A stretch of 64,000 nt of DNA from NCBI GenBank assembly GCA_963712745.1, contig CAVQJC010000001.1, positions 224,001 through 288,000 of the forward strand, read 5' to 3'. Every line of letters starts with the position of its first letter. The first letter of the stretch is position 1. The position numbers and the translations under genes are program-made. The notes under the pieces were generated by a model that made no database searches, had not been told where the DNA came from, and saw only the letters and a program-made list of their open reading frames with translations. The DNA is from an uncultured Chloroflexia bacterium (lineage in GTDB: Bacteria; Chloroflexota; Limnocylindria; Limnocylindrales; CSP1-4). This document shows positions 11,183-21,625 of this stretch, in pieces.

Positions 11183-11500
11183 CCTGCGGTCAAGTCCCAG
11201 GATGTGACGCACTAGCACAGCACCATGCCAGATGTCGCCCGTGGAGCCGTAAGGCACATGGACCGGCCGACCTCCTAGGCGACCATGCATATCCAAGCGT
11301 CCGATATGCATGAGGACCCACTTCATGCAAGACCGTCGCATCGACATGCATCCAAGGGGTGTCCGACCGTCGCAGACGCCGGCTAACGGCGCCCGGGCCG
11401 ACATCTGGCATGAAGGATGCTTCAGCAACGTCTCACCGAGGCAAGCATCCCATCATGGCCGCGGCCAGCTCCGCACGCCTGGTGCGGGAGCTGCTGCCCG
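11128..11500. mobile_element. MITE-like element (TIR 11224-11412) lying between 44-bp direct repeats of the mtnN 3' end
   Basis: 11128-11171 matches 11457-11500 with 1 mismatch. catgccagatgtcg (11224-11237) and cgacatctggcatg (11399-11412) form a perfect IR. Inner hairpin 11284-11312. Confidence 0.6.
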
Positions 11501-11523
11501 CCCTGCCTACGACCGCCCTGCCC

Positions 11524-12299
11524 TTAGTGGGTCAGGATCTGCGAGAGGAAGAGCTTGGTGCGGTCGTGCTGCGGGTTCTCGAAGATCTGCTCGGGCGGCC
11601 CCTCCTCCACGATGTTGCCCTCGTCGAAGAAGACCATGCGGTCGGCCGCGGCCTTGGCGAAACCCATCTCGTGCGTGACCACGAGCATGGTCATGCCCGA
11701 CTCGGCCAGCTCGCGCATGACATCGAGGACCTCGCTGATCATCTCCGGGTCGAGTGCGGAGGTGGGCTCGTCGAAGAGCATGATCTTGGGATCCATCGCC
11801 AGTGCGCGCGCGATGGCCACACGCTGCTGCTGGCCGCCCGAGAGCTGCGCGGGGTACTTCAGCGCCTGCTCGGGGATGCCCACGCGGTTGAGCAGCTGCA
11901 TCGCTCGCTCTTCCGCCAGTTCGCGGCGGATCTTGCGAACGCGGATGGGCCCCAGCGTGATGTTCTGGAGGCACGGTCAGGTGCGGGAAGAGGTTGAACG
12001 ACTGGAAGACCATGCCGATCTCGGATGCGGATGGCAGCGATGTTACGGATGTCGTTGGAGAGCTCGATGCCGTCGACGATGATGTCGCCGCGCTGGTGCT
12101 CCTCGAGCCGGTTGATGGTGCGGATGAAGGTCGACTTGCCCGAGCCCGACGGTCCCGCGATGACCAGCACCTCGCCGTGGCTTGACGGTCAGATCTGATG
12201 CCGTGTGAGCACGTGCAGCTCGCCGAACCACTTGTGCACGTCTCGACAGACGATGATCTCCTCGTTACCGGCCTCGGCCACGGGCGCAGTATCAGTCAT
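11524..12299 (-). pseudogene. aapP: Amino-acid ABC transporter ATP-binding protein (AapP/BztD-like), frameshifted as assembled
   Basis: Fragments in different frames: MTDTAP...[56 protein letters not shown]. Confidence 0.85.
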
Positions 12300-13530
12300 C
12301 GTTCACCTATCCCAAGTTCCTTCTCAAGACGATAGCTTGCCTGCGAGAGTGTGTAGCTGAGGACGAAGAACACGGCGGCCACGAAGACAGTAGACCTCGA
12401 ACGAGCGCGCCCAGCCACTCCGGCTGCGCCAGCACCTGCCGCCCGACGCCCAGGATCTCGAGCAGGCCGATGATGACGACCAGCGTGGTGTCCTTCATCA
12501 GGCTGATGAACTGACCCACGTTGGCCGGGATCGTGATGCGCAGCGCCTGCGGCAGCACGATGTATATGTTGATCTGCCAGCCACGCAGGCCGATGGCCTG
12601 AGGCCGCCTCGATCCTGACCCGCGGGAATGGCCTGCAGGCCACCGCGCACGTTCTCGGCCACGTAGGCCGCGGTGAAGACGGTGAGTGCCGCCATGGCGC
12701 GGAGGACGTTGTCGATGCGGATGTTCTCGGGCAGGAACAATGGGCACCAGGAGCGGTGGCCATGAAGAGGATGGTGATCAGCGGAACCGCCCGGACGACT
12801 TCGATGAAGGCTGTGCTCAGAGCGCCTGACCACCGGCAGCGAGCTGCGACGACCGACCGCCAGGGCCACGCCGATCGGGAATGAGAGCAGGATGCCCACG
12901 ACCGAGAGCGTGATCGTCAGCAGCAGTCCGCCCCAGACGCGCGGCGAGACGGTCGGCAGCGGTCGTGCCTCACCGAAGCCATAGAGCAGCACGACGCACC
13001 AGGACGGTCGAGGCCAACCAGCCCATCGACGAGCCACCGTCGCGGGACGGGCCAGCGTTCGGCCACGAACATCAGACCGACAGACGAGGACCGCGTTGGC
13101 GACGAGCGCCAGGGCGCCCACCATCGCCCAAGGCCAGAGATAACGGCCAGACAGGGCGATGGTCAGCTGGCCGGCAGCTCAGCATGATGGCCAGGATGCG
13201 GATCGGACCGAGCCCTCGATGTGCCGGCCGAGAGGCCCGACGAGCACCGATAGCACGACCATCGTCGACCCAGACACGCCAGATCTCGTCCGGGGGTACA
13301 GGCCCACCAGGAAGAGCCGCATGTTCGTGCGTGATGACGCCCCAGCGAGCGTCGTAGACGGCCCAGCGTCAGCGCGAGCCAGATGGACCAGCACCAGGAT
13401 GGTGCCGATAACGATGGTGACGACGGCCGCTGGACTTGCTGTTGAAGAGGTTGTGCTTCAGCCAGCCGAGGACACCGACCTCGGTGCTGGGCGGCTGGAT
13501 CTCCTGCGCTGCTGTGCTCGGGGTCGTCAT
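12296..13530 (-). pseudogene. aapM: Amino-acid ABC transporter permease (AapM-like), multiple frameshifts
   Basis: Fragments GWLKHNLFN, WGGLLLTITLS, AAYVAENVRGGLQAIP, IVLPQALRITIPANVGQFISLMKDT, SYRLEKEL. Confidence 0.8.
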
Positions 13531-13536
13531 CCGGTG

Positions 13537-14746
13537 CTATCGCTGCTGGATCTGAACGGTTCGGTTGTAGATGTTCATGAGAACCGAGGTCACGAGGCTG
13601 ATGACCAGGTAGACGGCCATGACGATGACGATGACGGCGACAGGCTGGCCGGTCTGCTCGGAGATCGTGCGGCTGACGTTGAAGAGGTCGGCGTAGCCGA
13701 TGGCCAAGCGCCAGGCTGGAGTTCTTGATGAGGCTCAGGTACTGGCTCGTGAGCGGCGGGATGATGATGCGCAGCGCCTGCGGCAGGACCACCAGGCGGA
13801 GGGTCTGGCCCTCCTTGAGCCCGATCGCTCGCGCGGCTTCGAGCTGGCCCTTGCTCACGGCCTCGATGCCACCGCGGATGATCTCGGCGATGAAGGCGGC
13901 GGTGATAGAGCGCCAGCCCAAGCGTCAGGGCCGCGAACTCGGGCGTGAAGTTCAGGCCGCCACTGAGGTTGAACGCGCCCAGCTCCGGCACTCTCGAAGG
14001 TGACCGGTCCCACCTGAGTCAGGAACCAGGCCACGACGGGCAGCACCGAAGAGCGCCAGCCAGCGAGCCAGCGCAGGCCGTGCGATAGGACGGCCCGCTT
14101 CATCACGGCGGCCGGCGATGAACCAGTCAGCCCGAGCGATGACGATGGCGACCACGACGACAGCGAGCCAGATGGCGCCGTCTCGGCCAGCTCCGGACGG
14201 GCGTGTAGACGCCGCGCTGGCTCAGGTAGATGCCACCGGGCAGCGTGATGGAGTCGCGCACGCCGGGCATCTGCAGGAAGACGACGAAGTAGATGACGAA
14301 GCAGCTGGACCAGCAGCGGCGTGTTGCGGAAGAGCTCGACGTAGCCCAGGGCCAGTCTTGCTGACCAGCCAGTTCCTCGAGAGGCGAGCGACGCCGACGA
14401 TGAGGCCGAGGACCGTGGCCAGGAAGATGCCCACGATGCTGACCCAGAGCGTGTTCAGCAGGCCGACCAGCAGCGCCTCGCGCGTACGTGTTCGATGGCG
14501 GTCGTAGGGGACGATCTTCTCGGAGATCTCGAAGCCCGCACGCAGGCCCAGGAATTCGAGGTGTCGGGAGGATGCCGCGCTGGTCCGATGGCGATGATCA
14601 TCTGTCAGCAGGACCCCCCCGACGAGCAGCACGACCGCCAGGACGATGATCTGGCTGATGACGGCCAGCACTCGCACGTCCCGATAGAACGGGACGGATG
14701 CGCGCTGGCTGCCCCTTGCGCTCGGGCGGCCGGGCTCGTCAGTCAT
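13537..14746 (-). pseudogene. aapQ: Amino-acid ABC transporter permease (AapQ-like), multiple frameshifts
   Basis: VPFYRDVR, ALLVGLLNTL..GVARLSRNWL, TPEFAAL, AAFIAEIIRGGI..VSKGQLEAA..PQALRIIIPPLTSQYLSLIKNSSLA. Confidence 0.8.
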
Positions 14747-14782
14747 CGGAACCGACTGCTCGGTGGTGCCATTGCACGAAGA

Positions 14783-14816
14783 ACCCCGGGGCGGCGGTCG
14801 GCCGCTGCCCCGGGGT
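14783..14816 (-). terminator. Intercistronic hairpin between the binding-protein and permease genes
   Basis: accccggggcggcgg-tcgg-ccgctgccccggggt. Confidence 0.55.
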
Positions 14817-14833
14817 GCGGGTCTAGCGCTCTG

Positions 14834-15876
14834 CTAGCGGAAGGGAGGCGAGTACATCAGGCCACCGTTCGGTCCACAGCTCGTTGGGCCCACGCTCGCG
14901 GGGAGGTCCAGCGCCGTGTCAGGACCGAAGGCGCGATCGAAGATCTCGCCGTAGTTGCCCACGGCGGAGATGACGTCGACGACGAAGTCGTTCTCCAGGC
15001 CCAGCGCGGTACCGAGGTCACCGGTCTCGCCCAGGAAACGCTGCGACCACCGGGTTGGCGCTGACCGGCGAAGTCGCCGATGTTCGTCTGTGGTGATGCC
15101 CAGCTCTTCGGCTTCGATGGTGGCGTTGACGACCCAGCGTCACGCACGTCGTCCCATTGGTTGTCACCGAGTCGCGGTCGACGGGGCCAGCGGCTCCTTG
15201 GACATGACCTCGTCAAGAATGACGTGATCGTCCGGGTTCGCGAGAGCCGATTGCCGACCCGCGAGCTGGGACCGGTCGCTGGTGACTGCGTCACAGCGGC
15301 CTTGCCTCGTATTGGCCGTAGACGGTGTCGGTCTCGGCAGCCACGACCGGATTGTAGTCCAGGCCGAGCCAGGCGAACTGGTCGGTCAGGTTCAGCTCCG
15401 TGGTGGTGCCGGAGGTCACGCAGATGTCTGCGCCGTCGAGCTCCTCGAGCGTGGTGATGCCCGTACTCGACCGGAACCATCATGCCCTGGCCGTCGTAGA
15501 AGATGGTCGGACCGAAGTCGCCCCAGGCACGCGTCACGGCGTGAGCGTGTTGCGTGGTGTTGCGGAAGATGACGTCGACCTCTCCGGTCTGGATGGCGGT
15601 GGCGCGCTGGTCGGCGGTCAGAGTACTCCAGGTGACAGCGGTCGGGTCGCCGAGGACAGCGGCGGCCACGGCGCGACAGTAGTCGCGCGTCCATGCCGTC
15701 GATATTCGCTGGTCTCCGGGTTGAGGACGCTCATGCCCGGCAGACGCTCCGTTGATCAGGCAGACCACGCTGCCGCGCTCCTTGACGGCTGCCAGGGTGC
15801 CACCGTCCTGGGCGGCGACAGCCGACGAGCCGAGGACGAGGGCTCCGATGACGAGCCCGGGTACGAGTTTCTTCAA
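14834..15876 (-). pseudogene. aapJ: Amino-acid ABC transporter substrate-binding protein (AapJ/BztA-like), multiple frameshifts
   Basis: AAGGAGG before a TTG start. Signal peptide, TLAAVKERG, DYCRAVAAAVLGD, GEVDVIFRNTT, FYDGQGMMV, C-terminal GGLMYSPPFR. Confidence 0.85.
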
Positions 15877-16103
15877 GATCGTTCCTCCTTTGGATACCCG
15901 TGTGCACACGAGGGGCATTCCGGGCCCATCGCGATCGAGGCGCAGCGGACTCGAACGGCCCCCAGGTCGCGTCGGCGCAGGATACCAATTCTTACGAACG
16001 CGAGCTCGCCGTCGGAGGGGTCTCGCGCACGCTCCGAGCACAGATGTGACCGAACCGCAACCACGATGGTGCGCGGAGGCACCGCAGTTCGCACGGTCGG
16101 GCG

Positions 16104-16955
16104 TCAGACCAGGCGATAGACGCGTTCGGCGGTCCCACCCCGGATCTCGGCCAGTTCGTGTCCCGGCAGCTCCGCCAGCAGATAGCGCACCGCGTCGATG
16201 GCGTCGCTGTAGGAGCCGGCCAGCAGGCAGGTCGGCCAGTCGGAAGCCAGCATCAGCCGACGCGGCCCGAAGGCGTCGACCGCCAGCTCCACCGGGTGGC
16301 GCACGTCATCGATGGACCAGGTGAGCCAGTCGGCCTCGGTGACCAGCCCGCTGAGCTTGGCGTTGACGTTGGGCAGCTCCGCCAGGGGCAGCAGGGCCCG
16401 GCCCCACGCCGACAGGTCCCCGCTGGTGAGGGGCGGGCCGGCCAGGTGGTCGAGCACGAACCGCAGCTCCCCTATGGCCCGGCACGTGTCGTAGGCCGCC
16501 GCCAGCTCGCGGGTGCGTACCTGCAGGTCGAACGCCAGCCCGGCGGCTGCTACCGCGGCCAGCCCTCGCCGCACGTCGTCGCGTCGCAGCCAGTCGGGAT
16601 CAGGCTCGTCGTGGACGCGGTGCCGCAGGCCGACCAGCAGCTCTCCGCCACGGCCCGCGCGCAGGGTCTCGATGCCGGCGGCCAGATGGGCGGATGTGAG
16701 GTCGACCCAGCCCACGACGCCCCGGACGAAGGGCACCTCGAGGGCGATCGCGAGCAGCTCGGAGGTCTCCTCGGTCGAGGGCAGGGTCCCGACCAGTACC
16801 GAACCGGTCATCCCCTGCAGCGCTAGCTCGGGTGCGAGGTCGGCCGGTCCGTACGCCCGGCGCAAGGGCGCGAACGCCCCGCTCAGCCAGGGATAGTCGC
16901 GCAGCGCCGGATCCCAGAAGCTGTGGTGCGCGTCGATGACAGGTGGAGTCAGCAT
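16104..16955 (-). CDS. Amidohydrolase family protein (L-fucono-1,5-lactonase-like)
   Basis: IDAHHSFWD, GVVGWVDL, VLDHLAGP, KLSGLVTEA, FGPRRLMLASDWP. Confidence 0.85.
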   Translation of the reverse strand: MLTPPVIDAHHSFWDPALRDYPWLSGAFAPLRRAYGPADLAPELALQGMTGSVLVGTLPSTEETSELLAIALEVPFVRGVVGWVDLTSAHLAAGIETLRAGRGGELLVGLRHRVHDEPDPDWLRRDDVRRGLAAVAAAGLAFDLQVRTRELAAAYDTCRAIGELRFVLDHLAGPPLTSGDLSAWGRALLPLAELPNVNAKLSGLVTEADWLTWSIDDVRHPVELAVDAFGPRRLMLASDWPTCLLAGSYSDAIDAVRYLLAELPGHELAEIRGGTAERVYRLV

Positions 16956-17179
16956 GTGGTCCATCTCCCGGAGCAGCGCCCGCATCCGTGGCGCCACTCC
17001 CGCGCTACCCCGACGGCATCACATCCTCTCCTGCCGCGCGACCGCCTGCCGCGCCCATCGTCTGCCGTTGCCCAGTAGCCTAGCGCCGCCGTCTAGCACC
17101 CATGCTGCCGATCGCGACCCGTAGCGCGTGTATGCGCGTGGGCCACCCGGGGTCTTCCCCCATGCGAGACACTTGGCCC

Positions 17180-18199
17180 ATGACGACCGGGGGCGAATCC
17201 ATCGGCGTGGCGGTGCTGGGCGCCGGCCGCATGGGCCAGACACACATCCGCAACCTGGCAGCCATCCCCGACGCCAGGGTCGTGGCCGTTGCCGACCCCG
17301 ACGCCCACGCGGCCGCGGTCGGGCGGGAGCTGGCGCGGGCCGAGCACTCGTTCACCGACCCACGCGATGCCATCAAGGCCGACGGCGTGGATGCCGTGGT
17401 GATCGTGACTCCCACCAGCACTCACGCCTCGCTCATCGAGGCCGCCGTGAACGCCGGCAAGGCCGTCTGGAGCGAGAAGCCCATCGCCCTCGAACTGGCC
17501 GAGACGGCACGCGTGGTCGACGTCGTGGAGCGGACAGGCAGACCGGTCCAGCTGGGCTTCATGCGCCGCTTCGACCCTGGGTACGCCGCGGCCAGGACGC
17601 GCATCGAGGCAGGCGAGCTGGGGCGGATCGAGCAGTTCCGGGCGCTCTCGCGTGACACCTACCCGCCGTCGGTGGAGTTCCTCCACCACGCCGGCGGCAT
17701 CTTCCTCGACATGGCCGTGCACGACCTCGATCTCGCGCGCTTCCTGGTGGGCGAGGTGGTGGAGGTCAACGCCTGGGCCGCCGTGCTGGCCGAGCCACGG
17801 TTCGCCGAGGCCGGCGACTTCGACACCGCCCTTGCCATGCTGCGCTTCGAGAACGGCGCCATGGGCGTGGTCGAGACCGCGCGACACAGCCCCTGGGGCT
17901 ACGACATCCGCACCGAGGTCGCAGGTTCGGCGGGCAAGGTCGTCATCGAGGATATGCAGAAGACGGCCGCCATCTTCAGCCACGACTTCGGCTTCCATGG
18001 CGAACATTTCGAGTCATTCCCCGACCGCTTCGAAGCGGCCTTCCGCCTCGAGCTGGAAGCGTTCATCGAGGCGGTCCGCGTTGGACGTCAGCCGACGCCC
18101 GGACCGCAGGACGCGCTCGAAACGCTGCGCCTGGCGATCGCCTGCACGCGTAGCCGAGCGGAGGGACGTCCGGTCGAGCTGGCGGAGGTCAGACCCTAG
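17180..18199 (+). CDS. iolG: Gfo/Idh/MocA oxidoreductase, inositol 2-dehydrogenase-like
   Basis: GAGRMG, EKPIA, GFMRRFDP, GGIFLDMAVHDLDLARFL, GYDIRTEV. Confidence 0.8.
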   Translation: MTTGGESIGVAVLGAGRMGQTHIRNLAAIPDARVVAVADPDAHAAAVGRELARAEHSFTDPRDAIKADGVDAVVIVTPTSTHASLIEAAVNAGKAVWSEKPIALELAETARVVDVVERTGRPVQLGFMRRFDPGYAAARTRIEAGELGRIEQFRALSRDTYPPSVEFLHHAGGIFLDMAVHDLDLARFLVGEVVEVNAWAAVLAEPRFAEAGDFDTALAMLRFENGAMGVVETARHSPWGYDIRTEVAGSAGKVVIEDMQKTAAIFSHDFGFHGEHFESFPDRFEAAFRLELEAFIEAVRVGRQPTPGPQDALETLRLAIACTRSRAEGRPVELAEVRP

Positions 18200-18447
18200 G
18201 ACACTCGCAGAGCGGCCCTGGCCCTGAGCCACGGGGTCGGCCAGCCAGGAGATGTCCCAGAGGCAAGAGGTCGCAAGGCGCGGTACCCTGTGCCGGTCAC
18301 AGTCAGGCGTCGCCCCAGCGATCGCCGAACAGCACGATGGACGGATGCGGCCGGTGCCCGGCCCTGAGCCCCAGCTCAGCCGCCCACACAACGACACGAC
18401 GGAGGCCCGCCGTTGATGAACGCCGTGCGGCAGCGGAGCGCTGCCGA

Positions 18448-19044
18448 ATGACGCGCAGTATCGCGCGCACCCACATCGCCGTCGCCGGCCTGATGACGCT
18501 GTTGCTGATCGCTTTCTCGGCCGTACCGGCCGCTGGCGCCCAGGTCCAGCGAGGACACAAGGCCGAACACCTGGCCTTTCGCCTTGCCAACTGCATCCGC
18601 ACCGGTGGATGGGTCATGAAGGACGGGAGGTGCAAGGACAAGGGCAGCGGCAAGCACTCCAAGTACGTCAAGCCGCTCCATCGCAGCAAGAGGATCACGA
18701 ACCAGGTCGCCTGGCCGTGGGCCAAACGCTCGGCCCTGGTCTACGGCCAACGCCGCTGCTGGATCGGGCATGCCCGCAACGGATCCACGGTGAACAAGCG
18801 GTTCCGGTCGGTCGGGCTGAAGGCCAAGGTCAACGGCGAGAGCATGGGTTGCGGCTTCTACGGCGGGAAGGCTACGACCATCCGGCTGCTTCGCATGTGG
18901 CAGGCCGAGAAGGCCTATCGCGGCTGGCACTGGCGCAACCTCAAGGATCCCGACTTCAAGAGCGCCGGCGTCGGTGTGGCCAGGCTCGGCCCGCGCAAGG
19001 CCATGCTCATCTTCGACTTCTACAGCAGATCGTCGGTCAGCTGA
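18448..19044 (+). CDS. Secreted CAP/SCP-domain-like protein, Lys/Arg-rich
   Basis: Signal peptide, ANCIR, GESMG, HWRNLKDPDFKSAGVGV..DFY (CAP C-terminal pattern). Confidence 0.7.
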   Translation: MTRSIARTHIAVAGLMTLLLIAFSAVPAAGAQVQRGHKAEHLAFRLANCIRTGGWVMKDGRCKDKGSGKHSKYVKPLHRSKRITNQVAWPWAKRSALVYGQRRCWIGHARNGSTVNKRFRSVGLKAKVNGESMGCGFYGGKATTIRLLRMWQAEKAYRGWHWRNLKDPDFKSAGVGVARLGPRKAMLIFDFYSRSSVS

Positions 19045-19363
19045 ACGACGACCGGCCTGGTCTCGCCATGGGCGGGCACGGTCGACCAAACCCCCAGCGC
19101 CATCGGCATGCCTGCGCCGCCACCCGCATCCGCCAACGGACCCCGGCCTCGCGCGTGTCAAGGGGGCCTGCCGGCGACCGTCTGGGAGGCCTGCGATAAC
19201 GGGCCGAATGGCATGCGCTCGGTTGCGAAGCGGTGGCCAAGATGACGGCAAGCAATAGTAAAGTCCTGAGTATTCGCTACCAGTGGGGTGGCGAGCACGG
19301 CCTTCGGGACGACCAGCCGCGCGGTCTAAGGACGCGGCCACGTAGAGAAGGGAGCCCCCACCT

Positions 19364-20106
19364 ATGGGATCACGGCTGCGCATCCTAGGCGTAGTGCTCA
19401 TCATCGTCGGTATCGTCGGCCTCGGCGCTGCTGGATACGCCTACATGAAGTATCAGGACGGCGCAGCTGCGCTGGAGGGCTTCAGCAAGGCCCAGAACGT
19501 CACGCTTGCCTACAACGACGACGGCCAGCTCATCGACCGCGGCACCGTCGAGGGCGGTGACGCCGTCCTGGAGCTGCTGGGCGAGACCTGGGGCTGGCCC
19601 ATCGCCGCCGGGGAGCTCGACCCGAAAAACACGCTGGTCAACACCGCCACCGAGTACATGACCCAGATGGCCACCATCGCTTACCACACGCTCGAGGGTA
19701 GCCAGACCATCGTGCTGCCCGAGCGAGTCGAGTGGGACGGCGACGGTGATGGCACGGTGGCCACCGATGCGACCGTCTACACCGGCGGCGAGTGGGATCC
19801 TCGACCGCGGATGAGGATGCCATCTTCATGCCGGGCACCTACCAGGTCCCGGTGGCCGAGCGCTACTGGACCGGCTTCAACCGGTTGCACCCGCTCGACG
19901 GCCCGGCCCGCGAGCAGGCCTGGAACGGCACCGTGCACGGGCTCTTCGCCGAGCTCGGCGTCGGCGCTACCACCGCCTCCAGCCTGCAGCTCGCTCTCGG
20001 CGTCGTGGCCGTGACCGCGCTCATGGGCCTCGGCTTCCTCATCGTCGGTGGCGGCCTCGTCTGGGTCGGTGGTGCCGCTCGCAAGGAAGAGGAGCCTGCC
20101 TCTTAG
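19364..20106 (+). CDS. Membrane-anchored hypothetical protein (N- and C-terminal TM helices); one frameshift near 19800
   Basis: GGGAG RBS. ORF 19364..20014 loses protein-like composition after EWDP and continues in ORF 19792..20106 (..DEDAIFMPGTY..TM). Confidence 0.7.
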
Positions 20107-20147
20107 GGATCCTTCCGCGGGCGAAGCCCCGTCGATCCAGCCCCCGC

Positions 20148-20183
20148 AAGGCCGCCGGTCGCAAGACCGGCGGCCTTTCTTCT
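20148..20183 (+). terminator. Rho-independent terminator
   Basis: aaggccgccggtc-gcaa-gaccggcggcctt followed by tcttct. Confidence 0.8.
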
Positions 20184-20236
20184 GTATGTTCAGGAGCGGC
20201 CTTGGGCGAGCGTCCACGGACCGCCCGGCGTCGTGC

Positions 20237-21232
20237 TCAGGACCGGCCGGACCGAACGGGCCTGAAATGCCGATCGAACCACTGCTGGACCTCGGCCACG
20301 CGGGGCGTGATGGTGTAGGTCCCAGGCAGCTGTCGCGCGAAGCGACCGGGCTCGAGCACGACCGACTTGACCTTCTCGAGGTCGGCCTTCGCGGCCAGCT
20401 CCATCAGCGCCGGCACCGCCCGCCAGGGCATGTCGGTGGCGATCTTCTTGCGGGCCACCTCGACCAGGCCCGCGAGGGGGTCGAGGCCACGCTTGCGCAC
20501 CTTCTCCGCGGACGCGGCGAGGACCTGGTGCTGGCGCCGCGAGCGGTCGTAGTCGCTGTCGCTGTGACGGGAACGGGAGAATGCGAGGGTGGTCATGCCG
20601 TCGAGGTGACGCCGGCCGGCTCTGAGCTTCAGGCCATTCTTGCCCAGGTGCATGGTGGGGTCGACGAGGCGCTCCTCGAGCTCGACGTCGATGCCGCCGA
20701 TGCGGTTGACCAGGCGCACGAGACCGCTGAATCCGACGAGCGCGTAGTAGTCGATCTCGGTGCCGAAGGCGTAGGCCAGCGCCTTCTTGGCCTTGGCCAG
20801 CGCCTTCTTCTTCTTGCCGGTCTGGCGCTCGAAGTCCCAGAGCAGGGAGTTGATGCGGTCGCGATAGGCCACGCCGGGAGCGATGGGTACGTTGACCGTG
20901 TCGCGCGGGAGGCTGACCATGGCCACCTTGCCTGAGCTGGGGTCGATGGTGGCCATGATGATGGCGTCGGTGCGCTCACCGATGACCCCTTCGCGCGCGT
21001 CGCTGCCGAGGATGAGCACGGTCAAGCGGCCGTCGCTGCCCAGCAGGTCCTCCACGCGCAGCGGCGGCTGGGTCGGTTCGGGGGTGGGCTCGGGGGTGGG
21101 CGTGGGCTTGGCGGACTTGGCCTGCTTGCCGCCGGCGGCACTACTGCTCTCGGACCCCGCGGTCAGCTCGCCACAGCCGGCAAGGGTGAACACGAGGACG
21201 ACACTGATCAGGCCCAGCAGGACTCGGCTCAT
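20237..21232 (-). CDS. LCP (LytR-CpsA-Psr) family glycopolymer transferase, probable lipoprotein
   Basis: LAGC lipobox, PT linker, LILGSD..RTDAII..VSLPRDT, FSRSRHSDSDYDRSRRQ. Confidence 0.9.
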   Translation of the reverse strand: MSRVLLGLISVVLVFTLAGCGELTAGSESSSAAGGKQAKSAKPTPTPEPTPEPTQPPLRVEDLLGSDGRLTVLILGSDAREGVIGERTDAIIMATIDPSSGKVAMVSLPRDTVNVPIAPGVAYRDRINSLLWDFERQTGKKKKALAKAKKALAYAFGTEIDYYALVGFSGLVRLVNRIGGIDVELEERLVDPTMHLGKNGLKLRAGRRHLDGMTTLAFSRSRHSDSDYDRSRRQHQVLAASAEKVRKRGLDPLAGLVEVARKKIATDMPWRAVPALMELAAKADLEKVKSVVLEPGRFARQLPGTYTITPRVAEVQQWFDRHFRPVRSGRS

Positions 21233-21411
21233 GCGGGGGACGGCTCTCCTATCGGGTCGTGCGACGACTTCGTCACGGCCGGACGGGATCTGGGCACTCC
21301 CCCCGAAGGAGGGACCCCGCGCCGATGTGTGGTCGGTCCGAGTCTAGCGTTCGGCGGACCTTCCTGCCGGGGGTGTTGCCTCCACGCACCGGGCCGCTAC
21401 CATCAGGCACC

Positions 21412-21625
21412 ATGTGCCGTTCCATCAAGACCCTTCGGGGCGCCCCCGGGCCAGTCACCGACGAAGACGTGCGAGCTGCCGCGCTGCAATACGTGCGCAA
21501 GCTCAGCGGCTATCGCAAGCCGGCTCGACGCAACGAGGCCGTCTTCGAAGCCGCCGTCGACGAGATCGCCGCCGCCACCCAGCGCCTGCTCGACGGGATC
21601 GTCGTGCGCTCCTCTGCCGCCCTAG
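21412..21625 (+). CDS. DUF2277 family small protein (stop codon out of frame by one base as assembled)
   Basis: MCRSIKTL...VRAAALQYVRKLSG..P...NEAVFEAAVDEIA. Removing one C in gccgccctag gives TAG at 21623-21625. Confidence 0.75.

Noticed and set aside
18200-18447. c-di-AMP (ydaO) riboswitch before the CAP gene
   Set aside because: The conserved ydaO elements I would expect are not recognisable; only an 11-bp direct repeat (ggccctgagcc) is seen.
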